From: Naegleria gruberi
Lineage: Eukaryota
Strand: one strand, 5' to 3'
Length of the DNA stretch: 64,000 nucleotides
Assembly: GCA_000004985.1 (NCBI GenBank)
Contig: GG738905.1
In this document: in pieces, positions 42,921-54,818 of the stretch
Layout of the letters: the number at the start of each line of letters is the position of its first letter
Position numbering within the stretch: position 1 is the stretch's first letter
Program-made: the position numbers and the translations under genes
The notes under the pieces: model-generated
Database searches by the model: none
What the model was told of the DNA's origin: nothing
Seen by the model: the letters and a program-made list of their open reading frames with translations, nothing else

Positions 42921-44756
42921 TTATAAATTAATCTTGAAAACCTCAATTTCCTTAACTTTGAAATTATTTCTTGTTCCACCATGTAAATAATTTCCAGCTT
43001 GTTGACTTCCTTCCACAATTCCCTCAGGCAATTCGAAAGATCCTCCAAGATTCGAATAAGAATAATCACCTGTAGCACTCTCATTGCAAATATACAAATC
43101 ACAAGGAAATCCATACGAAACTGAATAAATATCTCTCATGAGTACTGAATTACTTTGTTTTCCATTTTGAAGTTTTAACACTTTCAATTCTAGTTGACCA
43201 TTTACATCAATTACCTTAAAAAGGAAGACAGATTCATCTGGAAAGTAGGTTGCATTTTCTGGTGATTGCCAACTAACAGATGTGTAGCCTCCAAATATAT
43301 TACCATGTTCAGATTTGATTAGTGACAGAGTTGGACCTTTGTTGTCACATTTTTCATGGAAGTTTTTCGCACTAAATCCATCTCTGGTAGCTCTATAAAG
43401 AAGTTCGATAGTTGGCTTGCTTTTTGTGAGAGAAATGAGATTTCTGATTAGGTTTTTGTCTGTAATTAGTTTCGAATTGATATGTTCGAAACTAGATGAA
43501 TCATATTCGCAACCATTCCAATTGCATTGATCAAAGAATGTATTAATAAATGAAAATCTAATCAAATTTTGATTGGAAAGGTCAATATTTTGGAAACGAA
43601 TGTCCTTAATTTCTCTCGTTTCGAATAATGAAAAATCAATAAGGCAAGAATCGAATATATTTCCTTCATAAGGTGATAAATCTCTCAATGAATTTCTAAA
43701 ATCAATTCTCTTGAATGTGCATTGTTGAAATTTGGCTTTGAGATTGAAATCCATTTCTTCAAATACTGATTGGTTGAATTGACAATTGACAGCTTCAAAA
43801 CCAGGCACATGAAGCTTCTTGAAATGAGTTCCTTTGATGATACAGTTTGATAACTTTGAATTAGTTAAATTACTTTCCCAAATAATTGCCTTTGTCAAGT
43901 CAACTGAGTCAAAATCAATATTTTCCAAATTAGAATTTGACAAGTTACAGCATGAGAGATCACTGTTCGGTAATATTGCTCTTTTAAATGAAGAACGAGT
44001 AATACTTGAGTGGGCTAAAGTAGTTCTTGTCAAATCACAACCTTCAAAATTACATTCTACCAAGCAGCAATTTTTCAAAGTGGCATTTGACATGTTGCAA
44101 CCACTAAAAACACTTCCTTTCAAATTGGATCTATCTAAAACAATACCACGTAAATCCATTCCACTAAAATTACAATTAGTAAATGTGCAATCTGTCAAAT
44201 TAGCTTTTGCCAATTTTAGCTTTCTCATGTCATAACTGTTTAACCAAACTTTATGCTGAGTTGATTGCATCATTTGGATGAATTCTTTCATGGTAATTGG
44301 ATTGTAATTGTGTGATTCCTGTTTTAGTAATTTTGAAAAGTTGAACATTTGACAGGTGCAGAGAAATTCCTGTTTGATGTCACTTGTGATTTCACCAACA
44401 ATTTTAAACTTTAACCAATTGTAAAGTAATTTGAAAATCTTCGGATCACAATCTATGAAAATTGGTTGATTGGCATTTGACAGTTGACCAGAAATTATTT
44501 TACCAAATTCATTGGCTGGTTCTATTGGATTGTTAATAAAAGTGGTTACGGAAACAGTAAAGAGAGTTCCGCCAACATTCAGAGTAATTGGATCACTCAT
44601 ATGGTTTCCAATACCTTTAGTTTGATTAGTTTCATAATATTCTACTCTTTCATAATTAGTCAATGATTTACTTTGATCAACAAAATTTTGATTAGTATTG
44701 TTTGGTTCTTTCATTTTTTTGAAACTTGTTTTTTGAAATTGATCTCTACAATTCAT
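42921..44756 (-). CDS. KCTD-like BTB/T1 domain + pentapeptide repeats + C-terminal TLDc domain protein
   Basis: BTB PITLNVGGTLFTV...IFIDCDPKIFKLLYNWLKF. Pentapeptide repeats ANLTDCTFTNCNFSGMDLRGIVLDRSNLKGSVFSGCNMSNATLKNC. TLDc LLYRATRDGFSAKNFHEKCDNKGPTLSLIKSEHGNIFGGYTSVSW. Confidence 0.8.
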   Translation of the reverse strand: MNCRDQFQKTSFKKMKEPNNTNQNFVDQSKSLTNYERVEYYETNQTKGIGNHMSDPITLNVGGTLFTVSVTTFINNPIEPANEFGKIISGQLSNANQPIFIDCDPKIFKLLYNWLKFKIVGEITSDIKQEFLCTCQMFNFSKLLKQESHNYNPITMKEFIQMMQSTQHKVWLNSYDMRKLKLAKANLTDCTFTNCNFSGMDLRGIVLDRSNLKGSVFSGCNMSNATLKNCCLVECNFEGCDLTRTTLAHSSITRSSFKRAILPNSDLSCCNLSNSNLENIDFDSVDLTKAIIWESNLTNSKLSNCIIKGTHFKKLHVPGFEAVNCQFNQSVFEEMDFNLKAKFQQCTFKRIDFRNSLRDLSPYEGNIFDSCLIDFSLFETREIKDIRFQNIDLSNQNLIRFSFINTFFDQCNWNGCEYDSSSFEHINSKLITDKNLIRNLISLTKSKPTIELLYRATRDGFSAKNFHEKCDNKGPTLSLIKSEHGNIFGGYTSVSWQSPENATYFPDESVFLFKVIDVNGQLELKVLKLQNGKQSNSVLMRDIYSVSYGFPCDLYICNESATGDYSYSNLGGSFELPEGIVEGSQQAGNYLHGGTRNNFKVKEIEVFKINL

Positions 44757-45300
44757 TCTACATTTCCAACATGGCTGTGAAACACAAATTTATTTACAAA
44801 ATTAATTTCACACCAATGGAAGATGGAATTTCTTCATTTGAAATCTCTCCAATCAACAACAATACTGAACCACTCCTCGCCAATCTCACATTCCTTCAAT
44901 ACCACTGCTCTCAACACTCAACTGTAACAAGATATCAATGGAAATTGAATAAAAATTCGAAACGTGATTGTAAACTTTGAAAAAACATTTCATGATCGGA
45001 AGCTTGATTCACCATGATGTTTACAAACTGTAGTTGTTGTAAGAAGATAATAGAATTCATACGCTAATTAAATGATTGGTTAGAAAGTCCTCCGTACTAT
45101 TATAATCCGATAACACATTTCCTTTCTTGATCTATTTGGCTAAATGGGTAAATTTAATACCAAACTGTTAAAAAGATCATGTAATTGATTGAATCATCTC
45201 CACAAATTTCACACACCATTTTCTATAAAGCAACAAGTCAGCAGAAACAACAACAACACAATTCAAAATTTTTGAATAAATTAAATATTATATTTTACAA

Positions 45301-46077
45301 TTAATGAGTGAGCATACAAGTTCTGGCCTTTGATTGATCATTAGAGAATCCAAAAACTGAAACAACAGTTTCAGCAGCTTGCTTTCTATCATAAATACAA
45401 GTAACAATCAAATCCAATGCCTTCATCTTATCATTATCAAATCCAAAAACTCTCAAAACAGAAGCAGCTTCAGTTGAGCTCATTTGACCAATATTGTTAG
45501 TTTGCTTCAATTGAGTCAATGCCTTAACCTTATCATTATCAAAACCGAACAAATTCAAAATGGTGACCAAATCAGCACCACTGACTGGACAACATTGAGA
45601 TGAGGAGTAAGTTTGAACTGCCTTGACCTTATCATTGTCGAATGAAGCATTTCTGCAGGCAGCAATAATTTGTTGAGCCAAAGCACCACTGCTCATTTGT
45701 GGTTGTGGAGAGAATCCAGAGGTTGTGGTAGTTGTGGTTGTGGAGAAACTGGCATTAACAGTTGGTTGTTGGTGATATTGAGGTTGACCGTATTGTTGTT
45801 GAGGTGGGACGTTCATATTAACACCAAATCCTGGCATATTCATGGAAACACCCATTTGTGGTTGTTGTTGGTATTGTGGTTGACCGAAAGATTGTGGTTG
45901 ACCGTATGGTTGTTGAGTTGGAACATTCATATTGACACCGAATCCTGGCATATTCATGGAAACACCAACTTGTGGTTGACCATAAGGTTGATTTGGTTGC
46001 ATATTCATATTAACACCCATTTGTGGTTGACCATATGGTGGTTGATTAGGAGTACCCATGCCAAAGTTAAAATTCAT
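45301..46077 (-). CDS. prion-like G/Q/P/N/M-rich N-terminus + four DUF4476-like repeats (FGFDNDKxKA)
   Basis: likely start MNFNFGMG at 46077; repeats SFDNDKVKAV / FGFDNDKVKAL / FGFDNDKMKAL / FGFSNDQSKA. Confidence 0.6.
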   Translation of the reverse strand: MNFNFGMGTPNQPPYGQPQMGVNMNMQPNQPYGQPQVGVSMNMPGFGVNMNVPTQQPYGQPQSFGQPQYQQQPQMGVSMNMPGFGVNMNVPPQQQYGQPQYHQQPTVNASFSTTTTTTTSGFSPQPQMSSGALAQQIIAACRNASFDNDKVKAVQTYSSSQCCPVSGADLVTILNLFGFDNDKVKALTQLKQTNNIGQMSSTEAASVLRVFGFDNDKMKALDLIVTCIYDRKQAAETVVSVFGFSNDQSKARTCMLTH

Positions 46078-46508
46078 TTTTGTGTGATTTGATTTGATTG
46101 TTGGACTCGAATGAGTTGTTGATTTGTTTTTTTTACTGTTGTGTGATCTTGTTGTGAAGAGATATTTATTATGCGTCCACTGTAATATCAATCGGCTTGT
46201 GTGTTACTTGCAATTCACATTACAGTGGTTGCATACAGGTCACCACATGGGAGTATGTAACATTGGTTATTGACTCAAGTCATTGGTTATTGTAAAATAT
46301 GACAGATTACTGTGCTCGGAGGGTAAAACACATCGGGTAGTGAATAGCGAGCGCGATGAAACTCCTCTTACATTGAATTACAAATAAATATTAAATAATT
46401 TATGATAGATATCGAGATTTAACACTCCATTGCGGAATGTGGTACTAGAACTGACATGTTGGTTGAGTAGAAAATTCCACTACAGAACTGGAATAGGTTG
46501 ATAAAAAA

Positions 46509-49500
46509 TTAGAATCGATTAGATGAGGTAATTAGTAATTCCAAAGCTTCAACCCAATCACTACGATCTTCTTCTGAGGCAGCATTGAAAACAAATGTTC
46601 TATTGAGGGTTGATAATTTAAAGCAATTAGCCCTTCCGGCTTCCTTTTCAATTTCAGGTGCCATTTGAATACGTGTTCCTCTGAGTGCAACACTCTTAAT
46701 TGGTTTTGGATCTCCTTGATTCTTATAATAGGAAAGCTGGTATTGGTTTGCTTTACCACCTTCGAGTGGTTCAAGTGCCATGAAACGCTTCTTCCACGAT
46801 TTGAATCCACCACCTTGTTTAATCAAGTAACCATTCTTGTTCTTTGCCTTTTCAAATTTCAAATCTGATGAACCACCACTACTGAGAATTGATTCACTTC
46901 TCGATTTGTTTGATGAAATGGAACCAATAGCAGATCCTCTCACACTCGTCTTTACAACAGCAGATCTGCCAGTGGTGGTTGAGGATGAAGCTGAACTACC
47001 ACCCGACTTTTCTGAACCCATGAGTGGATTAATTGTAACTGTAAATTCAGGTTCATAATCAACATCGTCAGACACAGATGAAGTTATTGATGAATTAGCA
47101 GTAGAAGATGAGGTAGTCATTGGATTTGAAGCAACAACAGTTGTACGGAGACGAACTGTGGCACGTTTCTTTTGGGTTGTTTTGGTTTCATCATCATTTG
47201 AAGAGTGGGAAGTGAACATTCCACGAGACTTGTTTGGAGAACTCAATTGAATATCATCTTCATAGTAATCAGTGGATTCCTCTGAGAATGATGAAGTACT
47301 TCCTCTACTGATGTTGTTGGTATTACTATTATTGGTGTCATTATTAGATGTGGCACTTGTTGGAGGAGGAGAGGTCATAATGATGGAACCACTTGTACCA
47401 ATAACACGGGAATTAGTAGGAGTGGAAGGTGATGGTGATTGGTTGTTTGAAGCTTGTTGTGGAGTTGTGTTTGGAGTGGCAGCTTCAGTTGGTGGTTTTA
47501 CAACAACAGTTCTCCTCACTACACGAACAATCTTCTTTGGTGCACCAGTTCCATTTTCATCAGTTTCACCACTAATGGATGGACGAGGTTGTGAATTTTC
47601 AGGTGGAAGAGCAACATGTTTTGGTTCTGAAAGTCTTGGTTGTTGTTGTTCTGGTTCAGTTGGTTTGACTTTCTCTGGTTCTTTCTGTACAACAACTGGT
47701 TTGGCTTTTGCAAGTTCTTCCTTTTCCTTCTCGAGGGTTGCAACTTTTTGCTCTTGTTCAAGTTTTTCACGCATGACACTTTGAAGTTGTTTCTTTAATT
47801 CTTCAACTTCAGAGGTGAGCTCAGAAACAGTAGAATTCAAGACATAAACTTGCTCTTCAGTTTGTTTGATTGATTTTTGGCTATCCTTTTCCAATTTTTC
47901 ATATTTTGATTTGTATTGAGAAAGTTCCTTCTCCAACTTTTTAGCATGATCATTGGCAGAGTCAAACTTGCCTTCCAATTCAGCTTTGGAGACTTCAAAT
48001 TCATCCTCCTTGTCTCTCAATTGTTGCTCCAAATCATTGATGGTGTTTTGCTTTTCTTCCATTTGATCTGAAATTTCCATAATTTCATTTTGTAAGGTGA
48101 GCTTTTCTTGCTTTTGTTTCTTGACTGCTTCCTCCAAATCTTGTTGATACTTCTTTTGGAGTTCTTCAATTGTTACATTCTTTTGGTTTTCAATTTCAGA
48201 AATCTTTCTTTCTTGTTGCTTGATTTGTTGACAGTGCTTTTCATTAATTTCCTTGATCTTTTCATTGGTTTCAATTTCGAATTGAGTTTCAACACGTTTA
48301 CGCTCATCTTCAACAGCCTTATTCTTTTCCAATTCTAAGGAGCTCTTTGTTTGTTGGATAAGAATTTGGGATTTTTGTCGTTCTTCCTTCAAGGAAATGT
48401 CCAATTCCTCAGCCTTGGTCTTGGCTTCACTCCATTCATTTTTGATAGCAGCAATTTCACTCTCCTTGTCTTCAATCTTCTTTTCGGCTTGAGACGTTTT
48501 TTCTGCTTGTTCAGAGACAAGTTTTTTCACTTGAGAAACTTCCAATTCGTGAGCAGATTTCAAAGTTTGTTCAAGAGTTTCCAATTCCTTCTTGTGTGAA
48601 ACTTTGAGTTGGTTGGTGGTTTCAACTTGAACTTCCAAATCTGATTTGACAGAACTCAATTCCTGTTGGGTTGATTGAAGACTTGCCTTGGTTGTTGCTA
48701 CCAGTTCCTTCTCATTTTGGAGATCCTTCTTGATTTGATCACGTTCTTCAACCAATTTTTGGTATTGACTCTCCTTCTCAGAGATGATAGAATTCAATGA
48801 TTCAATCTTGGTTTGAAGTTCCTTACGTTCTACATTGAATGATTCGACACTAGAGAGATTTGAAGTAACCATTGAGTTCTTATCTGATAATTCCTGCTCC
48901 AATTTACTCTTTGTAGTTTCGAGAGCAGTAACCTTTTCTTCGTAGGTTGTTTTGATGGTTTCCAATTCTGACTTGGATTCTCTCAATTTCTTTTCAGCGG
49001 CCTCAAGATCTTGAGTTAACTTGTCAATCTTTCCTTGAGCATTGGATTTTTCTTCAGACATATTCTTGTTAAACTCATCTTGCAACAATTGAACTTGTTG
49101 TTGGTGTTGTTTTTGTTGGGAGATTTTTTCACTTTCAAAAGTCTTTTCCAATTTTTCTTTTGACTTTTCGGCAGCTTCCAAACTGGCAACAGCCTGTTCA
49201 TGCTTTTGCTTCCATTCTAAGAGTTCTGCAGTTTCAGTGGCGAGCTTACCCTTGATTGTTTCAAGTTCTTCAGAAATGGATTCCTTCTCCTTACCAATCT
49301 TTTCCAAATTGTGTTGTAAGCTGGCAATTTCTTGTTGGAGCTGATTCTTTTGTTTAAGTTTTTCATCTTCCAATTGAGTGACTGTTTCTGAAAGTTCCTT
49401 GATTCTTTGCAAGTTTGTGTTATTTTGACTGTCGAGAGCTGTTGATGATTCAACATTCTTTTCTTGCAAGTTATTGATTTGTTGTTGGAGTAAATTAGCT

Positions 49501-52500
49501 TCCTCAGCTTTGGTCTTGAGTTTGTTCTCTGTATTGCTCAACTGCTCTTGCAAGGAGATGATATTTTGTTTGTATTCACTTTCCTTCTTGGAAGCCTCTT
49601 CTAAACTTGTCTTGATTTGAGTAATTGTACTCTCTGACTTGACCTTTTCAGTAGTGAGGGTTTCATTTTGCTTTTCAGCTCTTTCAGCACGATCACGAAG
49701 TTTGATAGCTTCTTCCTTCTTTTGTGAGAGTTGGGATGAGAGATCTTCAATTTCTTTCTTGAGCTCAGTGTTGCTGTTAGTCAAGTTTTCAATAGCAATT
49801 GAATTTTCTGAGATTTTAGCATTCAAGATTTGAATTTCCTTATTCTTTTCTTCAATTGTCTTTTCGAGTTTGGAAATTGATTCTTGGGAGGATGAAAACT
49901 TTCTCTCCAAATCAGAAACCTTGGATTGTTCTTCGGAGAGCTTGGTTTCACTCTCTTTGAGTTTAGTTTCTAGAGAGGACTTTTCAGACTTAAGAGTGGA
50001 AATTTCTTGTTCCTTTGTTGAAATTGTATTTTGCAAGGTTGAAATAGATTCCTTTCCACTTTCAATACTCTTGTTGAGAGCTTCAATTTCCTTCTCCTTT
50101 GTAGCGATTTGGTTGTTAAGAGTATCAATAGAGGTCTTATTTTGTGAGATGGTTGTTTCCAAATCCTTCTTCAACTTTCTTTCTTCCTCTAATTGATTTT
50201 CAACATTTTCCAAATCTGATTTAGATTGTTTGAGGTTGTCCTTCAAGGTATTAATGTTATTCTTGAATTGTTCAACTTGATTACCCAAATCGTCGTTTTC
50301 CTTTTGAATGGTCGAAATCTTTAACGATGATTCTTGTTCTTGCTTTTCTAAATTTACAATCTTGAGAGACAATTCGCTGGCAGCTTGCTTTTGCTTGTCA
50401 AGTTCTTGTTTGAGGTTGTTCTTTTCCTCTAGTGTCTTGTTCATATCATCCTTCAATTTGGAAATTTCCTTCTTGGCTTCTTCTAATTGGTTATTGATAC
50501 GAGTCATGTTCTTTTCATTTTCAATTTGAATGAGAGAGAGTTGATTCTTGGCTGTTTCAATAATGGATGGTCCCATAGTATCAAAAAGAGCGCTTTGGGC
50601 AGCTGTACACAGTTGCTTGACATCAGTTGTGAGTTTTTCTCTAACTTCAGCTTTAGCACGTTTAATTTGTTTGGAGAGAAGTACAATCTTGGAGGAAACA
50701 GATACCTTATATGATTCATGATTAGATTCAAGCTTTTTCTTTTGTTCTGAGAGGTTTTCAACTTCTTTCAACTTTTCAGAGATGGTATTGTTCAATGTTT
50801 GTAATTCCTCGATTTGTTTCTTAATCAAATTTTCATCATCACTATTCTTCTTTTTCAACTCTTGTTCTGACAATTTAATGGCATTCAATTGAGTTTGAAG
50901 AAGTTCGATTTGATCCTTCAAGGATGTATTGACTTGATTCAATGATTGATATTGAGATGACAATTCTTCTAAGTTGCCTTGGAGCGTCTTAATTTGTTGT
51001 TTTTGAGCATGATATTCCTTCTCAGTTTCTTGCAATTTCTTCAAATCAGTAGCAACAGATGCTGTTATTTTTAACAATTTCAATAATTCAATTCAATTAA
51101 TAATAATATACTTACAAATCAATTGATCGGCTGTGTTATCAATAGTCTTGGTGATTTGTTCTACAGGTACATTATCTTGTTTGTCGGAGACTTTTTCGTT
51201 TGCACCTTCTTCTGATTCAGTTCCATAAGGTGTTAAATTTTCAGATTTTACACCCCTGATTACAACATTCTTCAATGTTGAATCAGCAAACTCTAAATTG
51301 TCTGTTGTAAACTGAGCAGCATGTGGAATGGCAGGAGAACAATTTACAACTGTTGTTGTACAAGTGTTGTGCAATGAACGAGAATAGAGAATAGCAGATA
51401 AACTCGAAGAATAGAATTGACTATCATCTTCTTGTGCCTTTGGATCATTAATCAATGTGCACAAATCATAGAAGGTCAAGTGACCATTTTCCAATTCTTC
51501 CATTTCTTCTTCAGAGACACCAACCAATGGAGATTCCAAATCTATAACAGTTAATTTGCTGTTGACTACCTTTTGCTTATTATTGTCCTTTTGTTGCACA
51601 GTTAATTCTACAAATAAGTTGGAGGCAAACTTGGTTTCCTTCTTTACCTTTTCCAATTTTCTCTTTCCGATACAAGATGCCAAAATTTCCAACAATTCAT
51701 CATCAGCACCAACATATTGTTCAATCAGGCCATTAATTTCAATCTCTTGAGTTTCTTCCTGAAGTAAACATTCCAAACCATTGAATTCTTTAATAATTAA
51801 AAAATTATTCAAAAATCCAGGATGATATGTTATTGTTGTTGTTGTTGTTGAAGAAGAAGAAGAATATTCCGAGATGAATTATATTATCAGGATGAAGTAA
51901 ATTTGTTTTTTACAGTAAATTTTAAAAACAAACAAAAAGGGCGCCAAACAATTAAAACATGTAAAATAATGACTTACCTTCAGAGCCTTGTTGTTGCACG
52001 TGAGTTTCATTCAACAAATCGCAAATAATACCACTTCCACTCCAAACCTCATAGACACTCACCTTGATAGTAAATTCCAAACTCTCATCACTCTCCACAA
52101 TAGCATCAAATACACCTCTAACAAAACGAGGTAAAACACCATCATTTTCCTTTTCTTCTTGCCAATCAATGATAGAGGCTGGATTAACAGCTTCCGAACC
52201 AAACATGGTGAAGGTTTTACCAGACTTTGGTGGAGCTCCCCATGAGAGGAAGGTTACATTCTTACCAGACATGAAGGTGGAAATCATAGGCTTGGCTACT
52301 TCATCATATATTTCCTGTTGAGAGGTGTTCATGTTGAAAACACGATCAAATTGATACTCTTTAGGTTGTTCCACACCATACTATAGTATTATTGTTATTG
52401 TTGTTAGCATTATTATTATTTAGTAGCATATGTTGGAGAAAAGAGATGAAGGAGAAATTATTGTTCATAGTATAAGAGTTCCACATCATCAATAATTATA

Positions 52501-52815
52501 TTAAATAGTAGTAAAATTGTGTTCATTTCATCATCGTACGACATTAAAACATAATCATCACCATTAAATACAAATTTCATAACGATTTGAGCATGATCGG
52601 ACATTTTGGATGCATTATAATTTCATCATAATAATTATTAATACAAGTGAATTAATTCACTTTGCTTACCTTCAACAATAACTTTTTACCAGACTTGTGA
52701 AAAGCAGCACAACATTTTGTAGCATCTTCTTTGACTGCTGTTGGTGGATCAATGGCTAACACATGAGGCCTGAAACGAATGAAAAGTCTGAGTTTTTCAT
52801 CCGATGTTGCCATGT
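46509..52815 (-). CDS. kinesin-like motor (divergent) + about 1,300-aa coiled coil + C-terminal PH domain; at least 4 exons (about 52815-52670, 52378-51981, 51797-51113, 51056-46509)
   Basis: Exon 1 encodes MATSDEKLRLFIRFRPHV. Motor core YQFDRVFNMNTSQQEIYDEV...GKNVTFLSWGAPPKSGKTFTMFG...GVLPRFVRGVFD...KVSVYEVWSGSGIICDLLNE. Later degenerate switch motifs YSRSLHN and LTVIDLESP. Donor/acceptor pairs found by hand (GTAAGC, GTAAGT, GTAAGT). C-terminal PH GYLIKQGGGFKSWKKRFMALE...RSDWVEALELLI. Confidence 0.7.
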
Positions 52816-53309
52816 CTATCTGTCAATTTAAATTTTTTTAGATGAAAGGTGTGCTTGACAAGTGTTGTGCGAATGAGTATCAGGTTATTTGATGACAATG
52901 AACAAGCTTGACAAGCAGATCTAAAAAAACATCAACACACACCAGACAAGTGATAGAGATCTCTTGTGTGAAAACAATTGGATGTGATGAGTTTACAAGA
53001 TGTGCAAATTGTAAATATAATTAATATTGATTATTTAAATATTGTTGTAGCCATGAAGGTTCATAAAAACGGAATAATATTATTACCTTAATTTTAAAAT
53101 GTTACAAGATTGTGACATTAATGTTCCGAAAGAGAAATTTCTCTTTGGCTTGATATCTGGCTGTATTAATATGATATTTAATAATAATTAATATATTAAT
53201 ACACAATTTTAAGATGTTGGAATTAATTTTTATTCTTGATGTTCAATGTATTAGATAATTGGAAAGCAACAAACAGGAACCAAGATTTAAAACTGTAAAA
53301 TTTAATTAT

Positions 53310-54818
53310 TTATTTTCTATTTTCAATTTTCCTCTTGATGGTTGTGAGGATTTTTCTCTTTTCTTTCAATTGTTGTTCATACACAACCTTAAATCGATGA
53401 TGAGTGTCCATCATCAAGACACACATTTCACATTCTACAATTTCGAACAGATTTTCAGGCAATGATTCATTCTCTCCCTTTGCAAAATAATCTAAAGATT
53501 GTTTGACATTATCAGCAATTTGTTTGCTAGTATTGACAGATCGTTCACCTCTAACATCCAAAAAGTCTGTGTGTATCTCAAATGCAATCTCAAACTTTTT
53601 CTTTTCAATATCGTATAAATCCTTTTCTGTGAAACCCTTCTTACCCTTTTTCTTCTTGGATGCATCTTCATTACTTGAGGTTGTGGTTTCAGAGAATTGG
53701 TCAGATCCACTCAAAATGTCAGTATCGTAAAGGAAGACTTGAATCTCAAAGCTCCTCTCACACAACTTTTTGTAATCACTAATCTTTTCAAGGAGTAAAA
53801 AGTTTTCTTCACTTCTTTCAATTTTACAAAATTCTTTGAATTTCTCACTAAGAGCTGGATCATTGATTGTGTCCATCAGCATATACTTTTTGACTTGTCT
53901 CAGTTGCTTTTCCTTGGTTGTATCTTTTCTAACTGAAAGCGCGATATAAGCAACCAACACTGGAATCACAATGACCATAGACACAACAAGGATAATGAGT
54001 GAGATGAGGGTTGTGGCCAAGTCTTCATCTGCAATCAGATTTTGCATGTTAATAACATAATCCAAAACTGGTTGAACTTCTTCGGGATATCCGGCCAAAT
54101 AGTATTGATAAAGTGATGAATCAAGTGTATTGATAGCTTGAGTATAATTGGATGCTCTCACCATATCTACAACTGATAGCTCTACCTTGACAGCTTTTCT
54201 TGATCTAACATCTTCTCTGCTCATATTATTTCTTTTAGAATAGACAACATTGTCTGGAACGGAGACAAGTAACACATTGAGCACCTCGTAATACTTATCA
54301 TGATAGGTCATGAATAAATCAGTATATTGAAGAGAAAGTGTTCTATTGTATTCTGAAACAGCAGAAACTCTACAAGAGAGCTTCATCAAATCTCTATAGT
54401 AGCTTGCGTCTGTTTGCAATACTTGCACATTGTTGTACAAATTGGTGACAATCGAATAGTTAACAGAAATAGCTGCCAACAATAAACAGAATGCTACTGT
54501 ACTGATGGATAGAGCAATCATACTTGTAAGCTTCAAACAGTTCAGCTCCAAGATACCACAACATGTGTGAATTTTGAAAGCCTTGTTATAGAATTTGGTT
54601 ACAGATGATGAACGTGGAGTTTTCAATGATGATGGGAGTGACTTTTGTTTGTGAATTGAATCTCTTTTGGCCATTTGATTATCTATATCAACGATATCAA
54701 TGGTTGTTTGGCTTGTCAATGAAGTCAAATTGGAACCTGTTGGTGGTGAGACAATCTTCATTTCGTAAGACACATGTTGGCTGGTGTCAATATTCTCAGA
54801 GGAGGAGATGTTTGTCAT
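53310..54818 (-). CDS. 2-TM receptor-like protein (extracellular sensor-like domain between two TM helices) with cytoplasmic RGS domain
   Basis: TM1 LTSMIALSISTVAFCLLLAAISV, TM2 LISLIILVVSMVIVIPVLVAYIAL. RGS core SEKFKEFCKIERSEENFLLLEKISDYKKL...FEIAFEIHTDFL. Confidence 0.65.
   Translation of the reverse strand: MTNISSSENIDTSQHVSYEMKIVSPPTGSNLTSLTSQTTIDIVDIDNQMAKRDSIHKQKSLPSSLKTPRSSSVTKFYNKAFKIHTCCGILELNCLKLTSMIALSISTVAFCLLLAAISVNYSIVTNLYNNVQVLQTDASYYRDLMKLSCRVSAVSEYNRTLSLQYTDLFMTYHDKYYEVLNVLLVSVPDNVVYSKRNNMSREDVRSRKAVKVELSVVDMVRASNYTQAINTLDSSLYQYYLAGYPEEVQPVLDYVINMQNLIADEDLATTLISLIILVVSMVIVIPVLVAYIALSVRKDTTKEKQLRQVKKYMLMDTINDPALSEKFKEFCKIERSEENFLLLEKISDYKKLCERSFEIQVFLYDTDILSGSDQFSETTTSSNEDASKKKKGKKGFTEKDLYDIEKKKFEIAFEIHTDFLDVRGERSVNTSKQIADNVKQSLDYFAKGENESLPENLFEIVECEMCVLMMDTHHRFKVVYEQQLKEKRKILTTIKRKIENRK

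Noticed and set aside
47272-50714. Many 60-170-aa plus-strand ORFs inside the 46509-51083 region
   Set aside because: They are antisense to a 1524-aa coiled-coil/PH ORF. Heptad-repeat (E/K/L-rich) coding sequence typically leaves the antisense strand open.
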